Shown piece by piece: positions 1 through 9,047 of a DNA stretch of 54,645 bases. The notes beneath the pieces were generated by a model. That model saw only the letters and a program-made list of their open reading frames with translations. It did no database searches and was not told the origin of the DNA. The number at the start of each line of letters is the position of its first letter. Within the stretch, counting starts at the first letter, position 1. Made by a program: the position numbers and the translations under genes. The stretch spans positions 1 through 54,645 of the IMG/VR virus record IMGVR_UViG_3300048833_000212; one strand, 5' to 3'. This DNA is from a virus (lineage: Duplodnaviria > Caudoviricetes).

Positions 1-127
1 GACCGTTCCCCACGCTGAACTGGAAGTCGCTCCGCGATGAGTGCGTGGCCTTCGCTGACTCGCTGCGTCGTGGCGAGATGAAGGCGGATGCCTCCACGCT
101 CGCTGACGATCCCTCGGCTGGCTCCAG
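1..127. repeat. 127-bp terminal overlap identical to 54519-54645 (circular assembly join)
   Basis: Exact match of the first and last 127 nt. An ORF reads through the join. Confidence 0.97.
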
Positions 128-158
128 CAGTGCGCAGGGTGACGATGCCCGCATGTGA
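1..158 (+). CDS. 3' end of the SSB-like protein that wraps from 53789
   Basis: Frame starting at nt 3 (PFPTLNWKSLRDECVAFADSLRRGEM...DDARM*) continues the ORF begun at 53789. Acidic tail. TGA at 156-158. Confidence 0.8.
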   Translation, partial: PFPTLNWKSLRDECVAFADSLRRGEMKADASTLADDPSAGSSSAQGDDARM

Positions 159-732
159 CGATGATGCGGCCGCATTCGACCTTCCACCGGTGAAGCCGGT
201 GGAAGGCGACGCGACGCTGGATGTGCTTCGTGCGAAGATGCGCGACGCCATCCGCGCCGAAGCGCGCGTGGAGGAACTGGAACTCCAGCTGAAGGCAGCG
301 AAGGGGGAACTGCTCCACCTTCGTCGCATGGTCATCCCGGAACTGATGGTGACCATCGGCTCCGATGACTTCACGCTGGACGGCACCCGGTTCCGCAACC
401 AGCTGATGGTGGAAGGCTCGCTGCCGAAGGAGCCGGTGGCACGCAAGAGCGCCATCGACTGGCTGGTGGCGAACGAAGCGGATGGGATCATCAAGACGGA
501 AATCGTCCTGGAGTTCCCCCGCTCTGAGCACAGCGTTGCGAAGGAGGTCTATGAGAAGCTGCGCGACGATGGACAGTCACCGCTGCTGAGCGAGACGGTC
601 CATGCGCAGACACTCATGGCCTTCGCGCGCGAGCGGCTGAAGAATGGCCAGCCTCTCAGCGACGAAGACCAGCTGCGGCTGGGCCTTCACTTCTTCCAGA
701 TCGCCAAGATGGAGAAGGTGAAGGAGAAGTGA
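145..732 (+). CDS. conserved phage protein typically adjacent to the SSB-like gene
   Basis: Coiled-coil N-terminus; IPELM, AIDWL..N and ETVHAQTL motifs. The start overlaps the upstream stop region. Confidence 0.7.
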   Translation: MPACDDDAAAFDLPPVKPVEGDATLDVLRAKMRDAIRAEARVEELELQLKAAKGELLHLRRMVIPELMVTIGSDDFTLDGTRFRNQLMVEGSLPKEPVARKSAIDWLVANEADGIIKTEIVLEFPRSEHSVAKEVYEKLRDDGQSPLLSETVHAQTLMAFARERLKNGQPLSDEDQLRLGLHFFQIAKMEKVKEK

Positions 733-738
733 TCTGCC

Positions 739-780
739 TGGGCTGCGCCGGGGGAACCTAGCGCAGCCCAACTCCCCGGC
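739..780 (+). other. intergenic GC-rich hairpin
   Basis: 10-bp stem TGGGCTGCGC/GCGCAGCCCA. The loop Gs can alternatively pair with TCCCCG at 773-778. Confidence 0.5.
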
Positions 781-815
781 GCCGCGTGCGCCTTCGATGA
801 ACGATGGAACGAGAC

Positions 816-1373
816 ATGACGAAGAAGCAGGCGAAGATCGCAGCAGTGGCTGCGTTGCTTCCGCAACCGGACCTCTCTGCTGACCTCCCGGAAGACCTCG
901 TGGCGCTGGAACTCCTGCGCATCGAGACGCTGCTGAAGAGCGGTGAGGTCACACGCTACCATACCTTTGGCGCGCGCATGGCGCAGAGCAACGCTGCCCA
1001 CTCGTGGGGCGTGGCAGCGATCCTCGCCATTGTGCGGCCTGATGCGTCGGCAGAACTCCTTCGCGCTGCGATCCTCCACGACTGCCAGGAGGTCGCATTT
1101 GCTGACATCCCATTCCCTGTGAAGCAGCAATTCCCTGTCCTTCGTGACATCGAAGGCAGGGTGGAGGAAGTGTTCTGGTATGACATGGGCATCACCCCTC
1201 CGGTCCTGAACGTCGAAGAGAAGGCGGTGCTCAGTGCTGCTGATCGCCTGGAGAGCATGCTGTTCATGCACCGTGCGAGCGAGCCTGCCATCAGCGACGA
1301 TGAGCAGGAGGCGATGGACAAAATCATCCTGGACTCAATCCAGAAGAAGATGGAAGGCTTCACCGATGGCTGA
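816..1373 (+). CDS. HD-domain phosphohydrolase (YfbR/5'-deoxynucleotidase-like)
   Basis: RYHT...AAHSWGV...AILHDCQE...AADRLE metal-binding pattern. GGAACGAGAC precedes ATG 816. Confidence 0.85.
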   Translation: MTKKQAKIAAVAALLPQPDLSADLPEDLVALELLRIETLLKSGEVTRYHTFGARMAQSNAAHSWGVAAILAIVRPDASAELLRAAILHDCQEVAFADIPFPVKQQFPVLRDIEGRVEEVFWYDMGITPPVLNVEEKAVLSAADRLESMLFMHRASEPAISDDEQEAMDKIILDSIQKKMEGFTDG

Positions 1374-1551
1374 CGCCTGGAAGATGATCATGGTGGCATG
1401 GATCCACAAGCGTGCAGAAGAGGTCGGTCTGCGGACAGCAGTCATCGAACTCCGCACGGCGCTCTTCCAGGCGGAGTGCGACGTGGGCTTTGACAGTGGC
1501 GCCAATCGGATGGCGCGCACAGATCGCATAGCGAAGGGACGCGAAGAATGA
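1366..1551 (+). CDS. hypothetical protein (61 aa)
   Basis: Overlaps both neighbouring genes; codon usage fits. Confidence 0.6.
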   Translation: MADAWKMIMVAWIHKRAEEVGLRTAVIELRTALFQAECDVGFDSGANRMARTDRIAKGREE

Positions 1552-2501
1552 TCACCATTGTTGGCGCAGGGATGGCCGGGCTGCTCGCTGCGAACATGTT
1601 CCGGAAGGATGACCGCGTGGCAGTCATTGAGGCAGCGCCATCGCTCCCGAACAACCACAGCGCAGTCCTCCGCTTTCGGTCGATGGTCGTCAGCGATGTG
1701 CTGGGCATCGAGTTCAAGAAGGTGAGCGTCATGCGCGCGATCCACCCGTGGAAGAACCCACTGGCAGATGCGCTGGCATACTCCTTCAAGAGCAACGGTG
1801 TCGGCTCGCTGCGGAGCATCGCTCATGCGGACGGGAGCATGGTGGATCGCTACATCGCTCCACCAGACCTCATCGCGCGGATGGCTGGCGGCGTGGCCAT
1901 CGGCTATGACATCCCTCTCACTGCGGAGATGGTGAGGGAGGGAAGGCTGGAAGGCCACCACATCATCAGCACGATCCCGATGCCGGCTGCGATGGACCTG
2001 CTGGAGTGGAATGGGTTCCGTCCTGAGTTCCGCTACCAGCACGGGACGAACATTGTGGTCAAGCTGAACGATGTGGAGGCGTGGGGATCGCTCTATGTCC
2101 CGGCTCCTTCGTTCCTCGGTGCGCGCCTCTCGCTGATGGGCAACACCATGATCATCGAGTGCCCGACCCTCGACAGCGAGGCGATGCGACTGCGCGACGA
2201 AGCTGCCGGCGCTGCGGAGGATGCAGTGGCGGAGGCATGCGCAATGATGGGCATTCCGCCAGGGAAGGTCGCACACTACCACATCCGCGCGCAGCGATAT
2301 GCGAAGATCATGGAAGTGCCGGATGCGATCCGAAAGACGTTCATCATGTGGGCGAGCGAGGTCCACAACTTCCATTCGCTGGGACGCTTCGCCACATGGC
2401 GTCCTGGCCTGCTGCTGGACGATGTTGTCCATGATGTGCGCGTGATCCAGCGTATCATCCGCGCCTCCCCGGCGCCGCGATACGAAGCGAGGAAGACATG
2501 A
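1548..2501 (+). CDS. FAD/NAD(P)-binding oxidoreductase
   Basis: N-terminal ITIVGAGMAGL Rossmann motif. C-terminal SLGRFATWR resembles UDP-galactopyranose mutase/PPO-type flavoproteins. Confidence 0.85.
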   Translation: MITIVGAGMAGLLAANMFRKDDRVAVIEAAPSLPNNHSAVLRFRSMVVSDVLGIEFKKVSVMRAIHPWKNPLADALAYSFKSNGVGSLRSIAHADGSMVDRYIAPPDLIARMAGGVAIGYDIPLTAEMVREGRLEGHHIISTIPMPAAMDLLEWNGFRPEFRYQHGTNIVVKLNDVEAWGSLYVPAPSFLGARLSLMGNTMIIECPTLDSEAMRLRDEAAGAAEDAVAEACAMMGIPPGKVAHYHIRAQRYAKIMEVPDAIRKTFIMWASEVHNFHSLGRFATWRPGLLLDDVVHDVRVIQRIIRASPAPRYEARKT

Positions 2502-2935
2502 AGGAAAGAGATGTGACCGAAGACCTGATGGACCTCGCGCACGACATTGTGCAGGCGAGGAACGGGTGGCGAGGGTTGACGCTTGTGGAGCGGGAGAGCC
2601 TTCCATTCAAGCCCAACTCCGGTGCATTCCACGCGGATGCGAAGCGCGCGGCGTTGACCTCGCGCCGCCTCCGTGAGGGACACTTCGCGGTCTCCTGCCG
2701 CGCTGTGGAGTATCTTCTGGATGCAGTCCACAACGAGCGTCTGCGCGAAGCCTTCGTGGTGGCATATGAATACCACCCGAACCAGGACCGCAATGGATAC
2801 CTCTTCCGCGCTGTCGGCATCATGGAGGCAGCAGCCTTCCGCCGCAAGGCAGGGAAGAACATTGATGGCCCACACGGTCCATACTGGATCGTGAACGACA
2901 ACATGGCGCCATTCGAGCACCATCGTCCATTCTGA
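2498..2935 (+). CDS. hypothetical protein
   Basis: ATGA overlap with the upstream gene; 145 aa. Confidence 0.75.
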   Translation: MKERDVTEDLMDLAHDIVQARNGWRGLTLVERESLPFKPNSGAFHADAKRAALTSRRLREGHFAVSCRAVEYLLDAVHNERLREAFVVAYEYHPNQDRNGYLFRAVGIMEAAAFRRKAGKNIDGPHGPYWIVNDNMAPFEHHRPF

Positions 2936-2949
2936 GAAGGAAGACCGAA

Positions 2950-3438
2950 GTGAACAAGCGAGAGTTTAAGACCTATAGTGACTTCAGCGAGCCTGGCTGG
3001 CGCGATGCAGATCAACAGAGATTGATCTATCATCACGGCATCCCAGAAAAGGTAAAGGGAAAGTTGAATGAGACTGAGAAGGTCGCAGTGCTGATTTTCC
3101 CGCGTGCGCGTAAAAGGGATTTCTTCATCTCTGTGAATGGAGTGGAACTGCTTCTGCGGCTGGAGAAGGCATACAAGGATGATCCGGAAGGGGAGAAGGC
3201 GAAGAAGGCAGGGAAGCCGCCGCCGCTTCCCATTCGCAAGACCTACATCTGCCTGCTTGACGAAGACAAGCAGACGATTGTGCATGTGATGACTGCAGGC
3301 GAGGCGAAACGCGCCAGCGGTAGCATCTATGCGGGAATTTACAACCACAAGACTAAGAAGAAGAACAGCGACTGGTTCCTTCTCACGGAAGAAGGACTGG
3401 CCACTTCCAATTCGTCTCCCGACCCTGACCGCATCTGA
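2950..3438 (+). CDS. hypothetical protein (lower GC; possible distant paralog of 2498-2935)
   Basis: GTG start after AAGGAAG; 162-aa ORF. Confidence 0.7.
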   Translation: MNKREFKTYSDFSEPGWRDADQQRLIYHHGIPEKVKGKLNETEKVAVLIFPRARKRDFFISVNGVELLLRLEKAYKDDPEGEKAKKAGKPPPLPIRKTYICLLDEDKQTIVHVMTAGEAKRASGSIYAGIYNHKTKKKNSDWFLLTEEGLATSNSSPDPDRI

Positions 3439-3454
3439 ACGAAGGAACAAGCAC

Positions 3455-4195
3455 ATGCAAGTCTCTCTCATCGACTACACCGGAATGGGATCGCCCAACC
3501 CGGCTCGCCACGCCGCCAATGTCCTGGTCTTCACGAAGAGCACGCGGCTGACGATGTCGCCTGGCCTCTTCGCAGACATCGAAGGATGGGGCGAGGATCG
3601 CATTGCTGCGGAACTCCGCTACATGGCCGACACCATCCCTTCCTCCTGGGAGTTCGTCCACTACTCCTTCATCATCACCGGCGTGACGCGCGCATTCACG
3701 CACCAGTTCGTGCGGACGCGCACCGCCTCCTTCGCGCAGCAGACGATGCGTGTGCTGGATGTGAGCGAGGGGAAGGGATGGGAATACGGCACTGGGCCGT
3801 CCATCCTGGAGGATGACGACACGAAGCGCATCTATGACGATGCCATGAACGGGATCGCCTGGGCCTATCGCTCGCTGCAGGCGAGGGACGCTGCGACGGA
3901 GGATGCGCGCGGCATCCTGCCGACCAACATCCTGACCAACATCGCAGTGTCGATGAACCTTCGGACCTTCGTGGAGACGGTGCGGAAGCGCACCAGCCCG
4001 CGCGTCCAGGGAGAGTATCGCGATGTGCTGAAGGCCATGCGCGAGGCAGTGCTGGCCGTCCACCCGTGGGCGGAGGTCTTCCTGAACCGTGGACCGGACG
4101 AAGCCGCACGCGAACTCTATGCAGCCATCGGCACGCTCCCGAAGGAGCAGGCCATGAAGATGGCCAAGCTGCTCGACAAGGTGTATGCGCCATGA
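3455..4195 (+). CDS. thyX: divergent ThyX-like flavin-dependent thymidylate synthase
   Basis: SSWEFVHYSF..GVTRAFTHQFVRTRTASFAQQTMR, EDARGILP, MNLR, QGEYR. AAGGA RBS. Confidence 0.85.
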   Translation: MQVSLIDYTGMGSPNPARHAANVLVFTKSTRLTMSPGLFADIEGWGEDRIAAELRYMADTIPSSWEFVHYSFIITGVTRAFTHQFVRTRTASFAQQTMRVLDVSEGKGWEYGTGPSILEDDDTKRIYDDAMNGIAWAYRSLQARDAATEDARGILPTNILTNIAVSMNLRTFVETVRKRTSPRVQGEYRDVLKAMREAVLAVHPWAEVFLNRGPDEAARELYAAIGTLPKEQAMKMAKLLDKVYAP

Positions 4196-4668
4196 GCGAC
4201 CTGCCGGCGCCGCGCGATGTGATCGTGGTGGACATGGACGGGACGGTGGCCGACTGTGCACACCGCATCCATCTCGCCCAGGACAAGGACTGGGAAGGCT
4301 TCCATGAACTGGCGAAGGAAGACAAGCCGCATGAAGATGTGCTGGCCTTCCTCCGCACGCTCCGTGAACCGGAGGCATTCGCCTTCTTCACCTTCGTCAT
4401 CTGCACAGGCCGCAACGAAGCCTGGCGCGGTGCGACGCGCGAGTGGCTGATGGCGCATGATGTTCCCTTCGATGTCATCCTGATGCGACCGGATGGCGAC
4501 TACAGCCGCGACGGGGAACTGAAGGTGCGGCTGCTCACAGAACACTTCGGCTCGCTGGAGCGAGCGAAGGAGCGCGTGCTCATGATCCTGGAGGATCGTG
4601 ACACTGCCATCGAAGGCCTGCGTGATGCAGGCTTCCCGGTCTGGCAGGTGCGGCCATCTGGATACTGA
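4192..4668 (+). CDS. HAD-family phosphatase (T4 Pnk 3'-phosphatase-like)
   Basis: VVDMDGT, CTGR, LMRP.GD, ILEDR motifs. Confidence 0.9.
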   Translation: MSDLPAPRDVIVVDMDGTVADCAHRIHLAQDKDWEGFHELAKEDKPHEDVLAFLRTLREPEAFAFFTFVICTGRNEAWRGATREWLMAHDVPFDVILMRPDGDYSRDGELKVRLLTEHFGSLERAKERVLMILEDRDTAIEGLRDAGFPVWQVRPSGY

Positions 4669-4705
4669 GCTGCCGCTGAGTGACTACAACATCAACAGAG
4701 GAACG

Positions 4706-5080
4706 ATGATGAGCAGTGAGAAGAAAATCCCCGGCGCCGGGGAAGAGCCGATGGTGGCAATTCGCATCGCAGCGAAGCCTGTGCCGGAACGCATCCATGC
4801 GCTGGCAGACCTCTTCGCGGATCGCAATGCTTCCTATGGGAACTCCTGGCATGAGATCGGCGCGATCATGCATGCCTTCTTCCCTCGCGGTGTGGCGCTG
4901 ACCGAGCCGGAAGACTTCGGGCGCTTCATGGTCCTGCAGCAGATCATCGGCAAGGTCCACCGCTACTGCCTGAACTTCTACCGTGGCGGCCACGTGGACA
5001 GCCTCGATGATCTCAGCGTCTATTCGCAGATGCTGCAGAACCTCGATGAGACCATCAACCTGAACAAGAAGGAAGACTGA
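4706..5080 (+). CDS. all-helical nucleotide-modification-associated protein (Nmad1/DUF6378-like)
   Basis: RNASYGNSW...KVHRY...HVDSLDDLSVYSQML pattern. Confidence 0.6.
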   Translation: MMSSEKKIPGAGEEPMVAIRIAAKPVPERIHALADLFADRNASYGNSWHEIGAIMHAFFPRGVALTEPEDFGRFMVLQQIIGKVHRYCLNFYRGGHVDSLDDLSVYSQMLQNLDETINLNKKED

Positions 5081-5082
5081 TC

Positions 5083-5490
5083 ATGAGCGACTATCGCGAA
5101 GCGATCCTGGTGGATGAAGACCTCCGTGCGCGGATGATCGAAGGCGGGCAGACGCTCGTGGACGTTTGCCACGGGCTGTCCGTGGAAGGCGGCTGGTGGA
5201 GCGGTCCTGATGCGGACCACCCGCTGATGGTCCCGACCAAGCTGGCACTCATCCACAGCGAGGTCAGCGAGGCGCTGGAAGGCCACCGGAAGAACCTGAA
5301 GGACGATCACCTGCCGCACCACTCGATGCTGGCGGTGGAACTCGCTGACGCGGTGATCCGCATCGGTGACCTCGCTGGCCGCCTGCGCATCCCCCTCGGC
5401 GCAGTCATCCTGGAGAAGCTGCTCTACAACGCGCAGCGCGCAGACCACAAGAAGGAAGCGCGTGAAGGCGAGCAGGGGAAGAAGTTCTGA
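5083..5490 (+). CDS. MazG-like nucleotide pyrophosphohydrolase
   Basis: KLALIHSEVSEALEG..K...ELADAVIRIGD...EKLLYNAQR. Confidence 0.9.
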   Translation: MSDYREAILVDEDLRARMIEGGQTLVDVCHGLSVEGGWWSGPDADHPLMVPTKLALIHSEVSEALEGHRKNLKDDHLPHHSMLAVELADAVIRIGDLAGRLRIPLGAVILEKLLYNAQRADHKKEAREGEQGKKF

Positions 5491-5750
5491 TGGACCGGCT
5501 CAAGATCGAAGAAGAGGCGCTGGCGCGCCTCTCCCTTCGCGTCTATCGCCAGGAGTTGGGCGACAAGGATGCAGACAGCCAGGTCGCCAAGGATGGCGAC
5601 AATGGAGAGAAGCAGGCGCGCCGCGCGATGGCCTATGGGCCACTGATGCGGTCGATGATCGAAGCGATCCTGCGCGAAGGTGGAACCGTTCCCGGCGCAT
5701 CGCTGGTGGACCCTCCGAAGCCGCAGGGGAAGAAGGGGAAGAAGAAGTGA
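5490..5750 (+). CDS. hypothetical protein
   Basis: TGATG overlap with the upstream gene. Confidence 0.7.
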   Translation: MDRLKIEEEALARLSLRVYRQELGDKDADSQVAKDGDNGEKQARRAMAYGPLMRSMIEAILREGGTVPGASLVDPPKPQGKKGKKK

Positions 5751-6019
5751 GCGGCACCAACTTCAACTCTCCTGTCGCGGCGCCGGGGGAGACGGAAGGG
5801 ATGAGTGATGACGAGTTCCTTCACTACTGCCTCGCTCATTCCGAAAGCCCGCGCTGCGGCTTCACTCCGGAGCAGGTGATTCGTCTCATGCTGCTTGCTG
5901 GGATGAAGGAGAGTGCGAGCATGGTGAGCCGCGATCCTCCGCGCGTGCTGGAGTGCGATCCGAAGACAATCCAGGATATGGTCCTGGATGCCCGACTAAA
6001 GGAAGGAAAGAACCCATGA
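5747..6019 (+). CDS. hypothetical protein
   Basis: GTGA overlap; fills the operon. Confidence 0.65.
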   Translation: MSGTNFNSPVAAPGETEGMSDDEFLHYCLAHSESPRCGFTPEQVIRLMLLAGMKESASMVSRDPPRVLECDPKTIQDMVLDARLKEGKNP

Positions 6020-6459
6020 GCCACCCGAACCTCCCGATGCCGCGCTACAAGCATGGCGACATCGTCTGGACCTATCACATCAACTCCACGAAGGCACTCC
6101 ACGAGTGCCCGGATTGCCTCGGCACGAAGAAGTGGGAAGCGACCTCGCCTGCCGGGGAGAAGCACACCGTCTCCTGCCCACGCTGTGAGTCGATGTCCTA
6201 CCTGGACCGCTCCATCCCTCCCCTCACCTACACGAAGAGCGTGGTGGAGGTCCGGAGGCTGACTGTCGGCTCCATCCAGGTGGACACGAAGGAGCGCAAT
6301 GGTGGGCCGCAGATTTCCTACATGGCTCATGAGACCGGCATCGGCTCCGGCAGCATCTGGGCAGAAGATCGCCTGTTTGCTACTGCTGAGGCTGCGGAGG
6401 TCGCTGGCCAGGGCGCAGCGATGGATCTTCCAGGATTTCATCGAGACGCTTTCCAATGA
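6016..6459 (+). CDS. Zn-ribbon protein (CPDCLG...CPRC)
   Basis: Two CxxC pairs; AAGGAAAG RBS. Confidence 0.7.
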   Translation: MSHPNLPMPRYKHGDIVWTYHINSTKALHECPDCLGTKKWEATSPAGEKHTVSCPRCESMSYLDRSIPPLTYTKSVVEVRRLTVGSIQVDTKERNGGPQISYMAHETGIGSGSIWAEDRLFATAEAAEVAGQGAAMDLPGFHRDAFQ

Positions 6460-6733
6460 GGAAGCGCGGCAGGGCGAAGAACTTGACAGCGTCGATGCAG
6501 TCGCAGAAGCTGCAGATGCGGTCCTGGCGCAGGCGAAGCGGATGGTGGTGCGCGAGCCGGGGGAACTGATGGATGAGATGATGGAGGTCATCTCTCTGCT
6601 GATGAAGCCGGTGATGCCTCCGGACGATCTGGATGAGGCAGTGATGCTCATTCTCGAAACTGCGAAGACTGCTTCGCTGAAGGCAGCGAAGGTCATGGAA
6701 CGTCTGCGGCCGCTGATGGAGAAGACGCCATGA
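6299..6733 (+). CDS. acidic helical hypothetical protein; start uncertain
   Basis: Coding-like from about 6425 onward, with no clear in-frame start there. Confidence 0.5.
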   Translation: MVGRRFPTWLMRPASAPAASGQKIACLLLLRLRRSLARAQRWIFQDFIETLSNEEARQGEELDSVDAVAEAADAVLAQAKRMVVREPGELMDEMMEVISLLMKPVMPPDDLDEAVMLILETAKTASLKAAKVMERLRPLMEKTP

Positions 6734-6867
6734 CCTTCATCTGGAACCTTCTCATCATCGGAGGCTTCGCTGGCGCGATGGTGTCGGTGATGCAGGATCG
6801 CACATCGCTTGCGATGCTCTTCTGCACCATCGTCCTCTTCGCTGCGGTGGTGGGGCGACCTCGGTGA
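6730..6867 (+). CDS. small two-TM membrane protein (45 aa, not in the ORF track)
   Basis: MTFIWNLLIIGGFAGAMVSVMQDRTSLAMLFCTIVLFAAVVGRPR*; ATGA and GTGA overlaps at its ends. Confidence 0.65.
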   Translation: MTFIWNLLIIGGFAGAMVSVMQDRTSLAMLFCTIVLFAAVVGRPR

Positions 6868-7046
6868 GAGACTACTCGATGCTGATGGAGGATGGCTCTT
6901 CTGTGAAGGTCTCAGACCTCCCCACGGAGGCGATCCTGGATTGCATCGATGGCGGCATTGAAGTGATGACAGGCGATACGAAGGAGGCTGTCCTGGAACG
7001 TCTCCGCCTGGAACTCTTCATCAGAGAGATGGGATTGAAGGAATGA
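6864..7046 (+). CDS. hypothetical protein
   Basis: Overlap-coupled 60-aa ORF. Confidence 0.65.
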   Translation: MRDYSMLMEDGSSVKVSDLPTEAILDCIDGGIEVMTGDTKEAVLERLRLELFIREMGLKE

Positions 7047-7540
7047 CCGAAGAAGATGCCGACCGGCTCCGGAAGCTGCTGGCCATGCTCGCTTCCCCTC
7101 ATGACGGGGAGGTTCTGGCTGCGGTGTCCCGGCTGAAGGCGACGCTGGAGCGGATGGGCCTCCGCCCGGAAGACCTCGTGCAGCCTCCAGGGATGGGTGC
7201 CCGCGCCTCCCCGGCGCCGGGGAGGTCCACTCGCCCATCCCCTCCCCCGGAGGCGCCTAGGCGCCCACCGGAGCCCAGCGAGGATGTAGAGGACCGGCTG
7301 GGGGAGGAAGTGCCGGTGGAACCGGCTCATGCCTTCGCAGCAGTCATCCTCTCGTATCGCACTCGGCTGCCACCGGCTGGGGTGCGGTTCCTCAATGACC
7401 TCGTGATGAACCGTCAGCGGAAGGTGAGCGTGAAGCAGGAAGCCTTCCTGCGCTCGCTGGCGTCCCAGACGATCCGAGATGTGAAGCGAGCCGGCATGGG
7501 CGACGCTCGCGCGCATGCGAACAAGGGGATGTGGTCATGA
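7043..7540 (+). CDS. hypothetical protein
   Basis: RLRKLLAMLASPHDGEVLAA helical N-terminus and a Pro-rich linker. Confidence 0.7.
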   Translation: MTEEDADRLRKLLAMLASPHDGEVLAAVSRLKATLERMGLRPEDLVQPPGMGARASPAPGRSTRPSPPPEAPRRPPEPSEDVEDRLGEEVPVEPAHAFAAVILSYRTRLPPAGVRFLNDLVMNRQRKVSVKQEAFLRSLASQTIRDVKRAGMGDARAHANKGMWS

Positions 7541-7785
7541 ATGAGCAGCTGGTCCTGCCCTTCGCGGTGGCCGACCTCTTCCGCATCTCGCATCGACCGG
7601 GCGATGTCTTCGTGCTGACGCTGCAGGGACAGTTCAGCTGGCGAGAAGTGGAGGCGCTGAAGGCGATGTGGAAGGCTTCGCCACTGAACGATGCGCCGCT
7701 CATCATCCTCCAGGAGGGGATGAAACTGGAATCAATTCGGCGGGTGCGCGACGATGACCTGCCTGGAGAGAGTGACTGGACATGA
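7537..7785 (+). CDS. hypothetical protein
   Basis: ATGA overlaps at both ends. Confidence 0.65.
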   Translation: MNEQLVLPFAVADLFRISHRPGDVFVLTLQGQFSWREVEALKAMWKASPLNDAPLIILQEGMKLESIRRVRDDDLPGESDWT

Positions 7786-8318
7786 AGCGCACGCTGGTCT
7801 TCGACACAGAGACGACATCTCTGCTCCCCATCTCCATCGCCCATGAGGATGCGCACCCTCGCATCATCGAGTTCTATGGCGCCATCGTGGATGAGCGCGG
7901 GGCGATCCTCCGTGAGCTGGAGTTCCTGGCGCACCCAGGCGCTCCCATCTCGGATGAGATCAGGAAGATCACCGGCATCAATGATGAGATGGTGGCTGGC
8001 CTTCCGCCCTTCGCTGCCCACATCGATGAGGTGGACAGCCTCCTGTGCGCTGCTGACTCGGTCGTGGCGCACAACCTGTCCTATGACTTCTCCGTGCTGA
8101 GTGTGGAGTTCGCACGCGAAGGTCGGAAGCCTTCGTGGCCGCTCATCCGCTTCTGCACAGTGGAGCAGACGATCCACCTGAAGGGCTTCCGCCTCTCGCT
8201 GGCGAACCTCCATGAATACCTCTTCGGTGAAGCCTTCACCGGAGCGCATCGGGCGAAGCGTGATGTCACGGCGCTCATCCGATGCTTCAACAAGCTGCGT
8301 GATGAGGACATGCTATGA
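7782..8318 (+). CDS. dnaQ: DEDDh 3'-5' exonuclease (DNA pol III epsilon-like)
   Basis: VFDTETT, VAHNLSYD, AHRAKRDV Exo I-III motifs. Confidence 0.93.
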   Translation: MKRTLVFDTETTSLLPISIAHEDAHPRIIEFYGAIVDERGAILRELEFLAHPGAPISDEIRKITGINDEMVAGLPPFAAHIDEVDSLLCAADSVVAHNLSYDFSVLSVEFAREGRKPSWPLIRFCTVEQTIHLKGFRLSLANLHEYLFGEAFTGAHRAKRDVTALIRCFNKLRDEDML

Positions 8319-8557
8319 GCGATCCTGGTCCAGGCCACAACCTCCCTCCGAACGTCTCGGTGGTCCTGAAGGCGGAGACAGCAGCGGCTCTGCTCGGCCA
8401 GACGGATGCGGCGCTCACCATGATGCTCGGCTTCCTGGGAGACGTGCGACTTTCACGGGAGAATGCGGAGCAGCTGGTGGCGCGCATCGAGGTCCAGAAG
8501 GAACTCCGTGCGGCGCTCATGGAAGCAGGAGTGAAGAATGAGTCCGATGGACAGTGA
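8315..8557 (+). CDS. hypothetical protein
   Basis: Overlap-coupled ORF. Confidence 0.65.
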   Translation: MSDPGPGHNLPPNVSVVLKAETAAALLGQTDAALTMMLGFLGDVRLSRENAEQLVARIEVQKELRAALMEAGVKNESDGQ

Positions 8558-8810
8558 GAGCCGCGTGCGCCTGGCAGAGATGATCGCAGGCGCGGCGCCG
8601 GGGGATACCATCGTGCTCGTGGTGATGAACGACAAGGAGGCTGCGCAGTGGACATACCTGCCGACCTCCGGAAGGCTTCTCAGCGCGGCCACGAGCCTTC
8701 TGGATCAGGCTGCGGACCTCGCTGAGAGCGAGGGGGATGAGGTGCTGGTGGAGAACATCCACGAAGCACTCGACATCCTCCCGGATCGCTTCGATGAGAA
8801 GGAGTCATGA
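8538..8810 (+). CDS. hypothetical protein
   Basis: GGAG RBS; 90 aa. Confidence 0.65.
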   Translation: MSPMDSESRVRLAEMIAGAAPGDTIVLVVMNDKEAAQWTYLPTSGRLLSAATSLLDQAADLAESEGDEVLVENIHEALDILPDRFDEKES

Positions 8811-9037
8811 GCGGTCAGAGCCGAGACGCAGCAGAGCGATCTGCGCATGTCCCTGGTAAGGATGCGCGCCGGTTCACTCCATGCTGCGTCTGTGGACGCG
8901 ACGTGAATATCAACAGCCAAGGAAAGGACACCTGCTCTTATGCTGCACGCGTCGGGCCACCGCTCCTTCAGGTGTGCTCCGAAGCCTGCGCCTCCCAGCC
9001 TCCATTCTTGCGTCATCATGACGCAAGCAAACAGTGA
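8807..9037 (+). CDS. small Cys-rich protein (CxxC...CSxxC)
   Basis: AAGGAG RBS; CCVC and CSEAC motifs. Confidence 0.6.
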   Translation: MSGQSRDAAERSAHVPGKDARRFTPCCVCGRDVNINSQGKDTCSYAARVGPPLLQVCSEACASQPPFLRHHDASKQ

Positions 9038-9047
9038 GAGAAGAACG

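Noticed and set aside
816-5490. Z-genome (2-aminoadenine) pathway suggested by HD + MazG
   Set aside because: No PurZ/adenylosuccinate synthetase-like gene was found in the genome.
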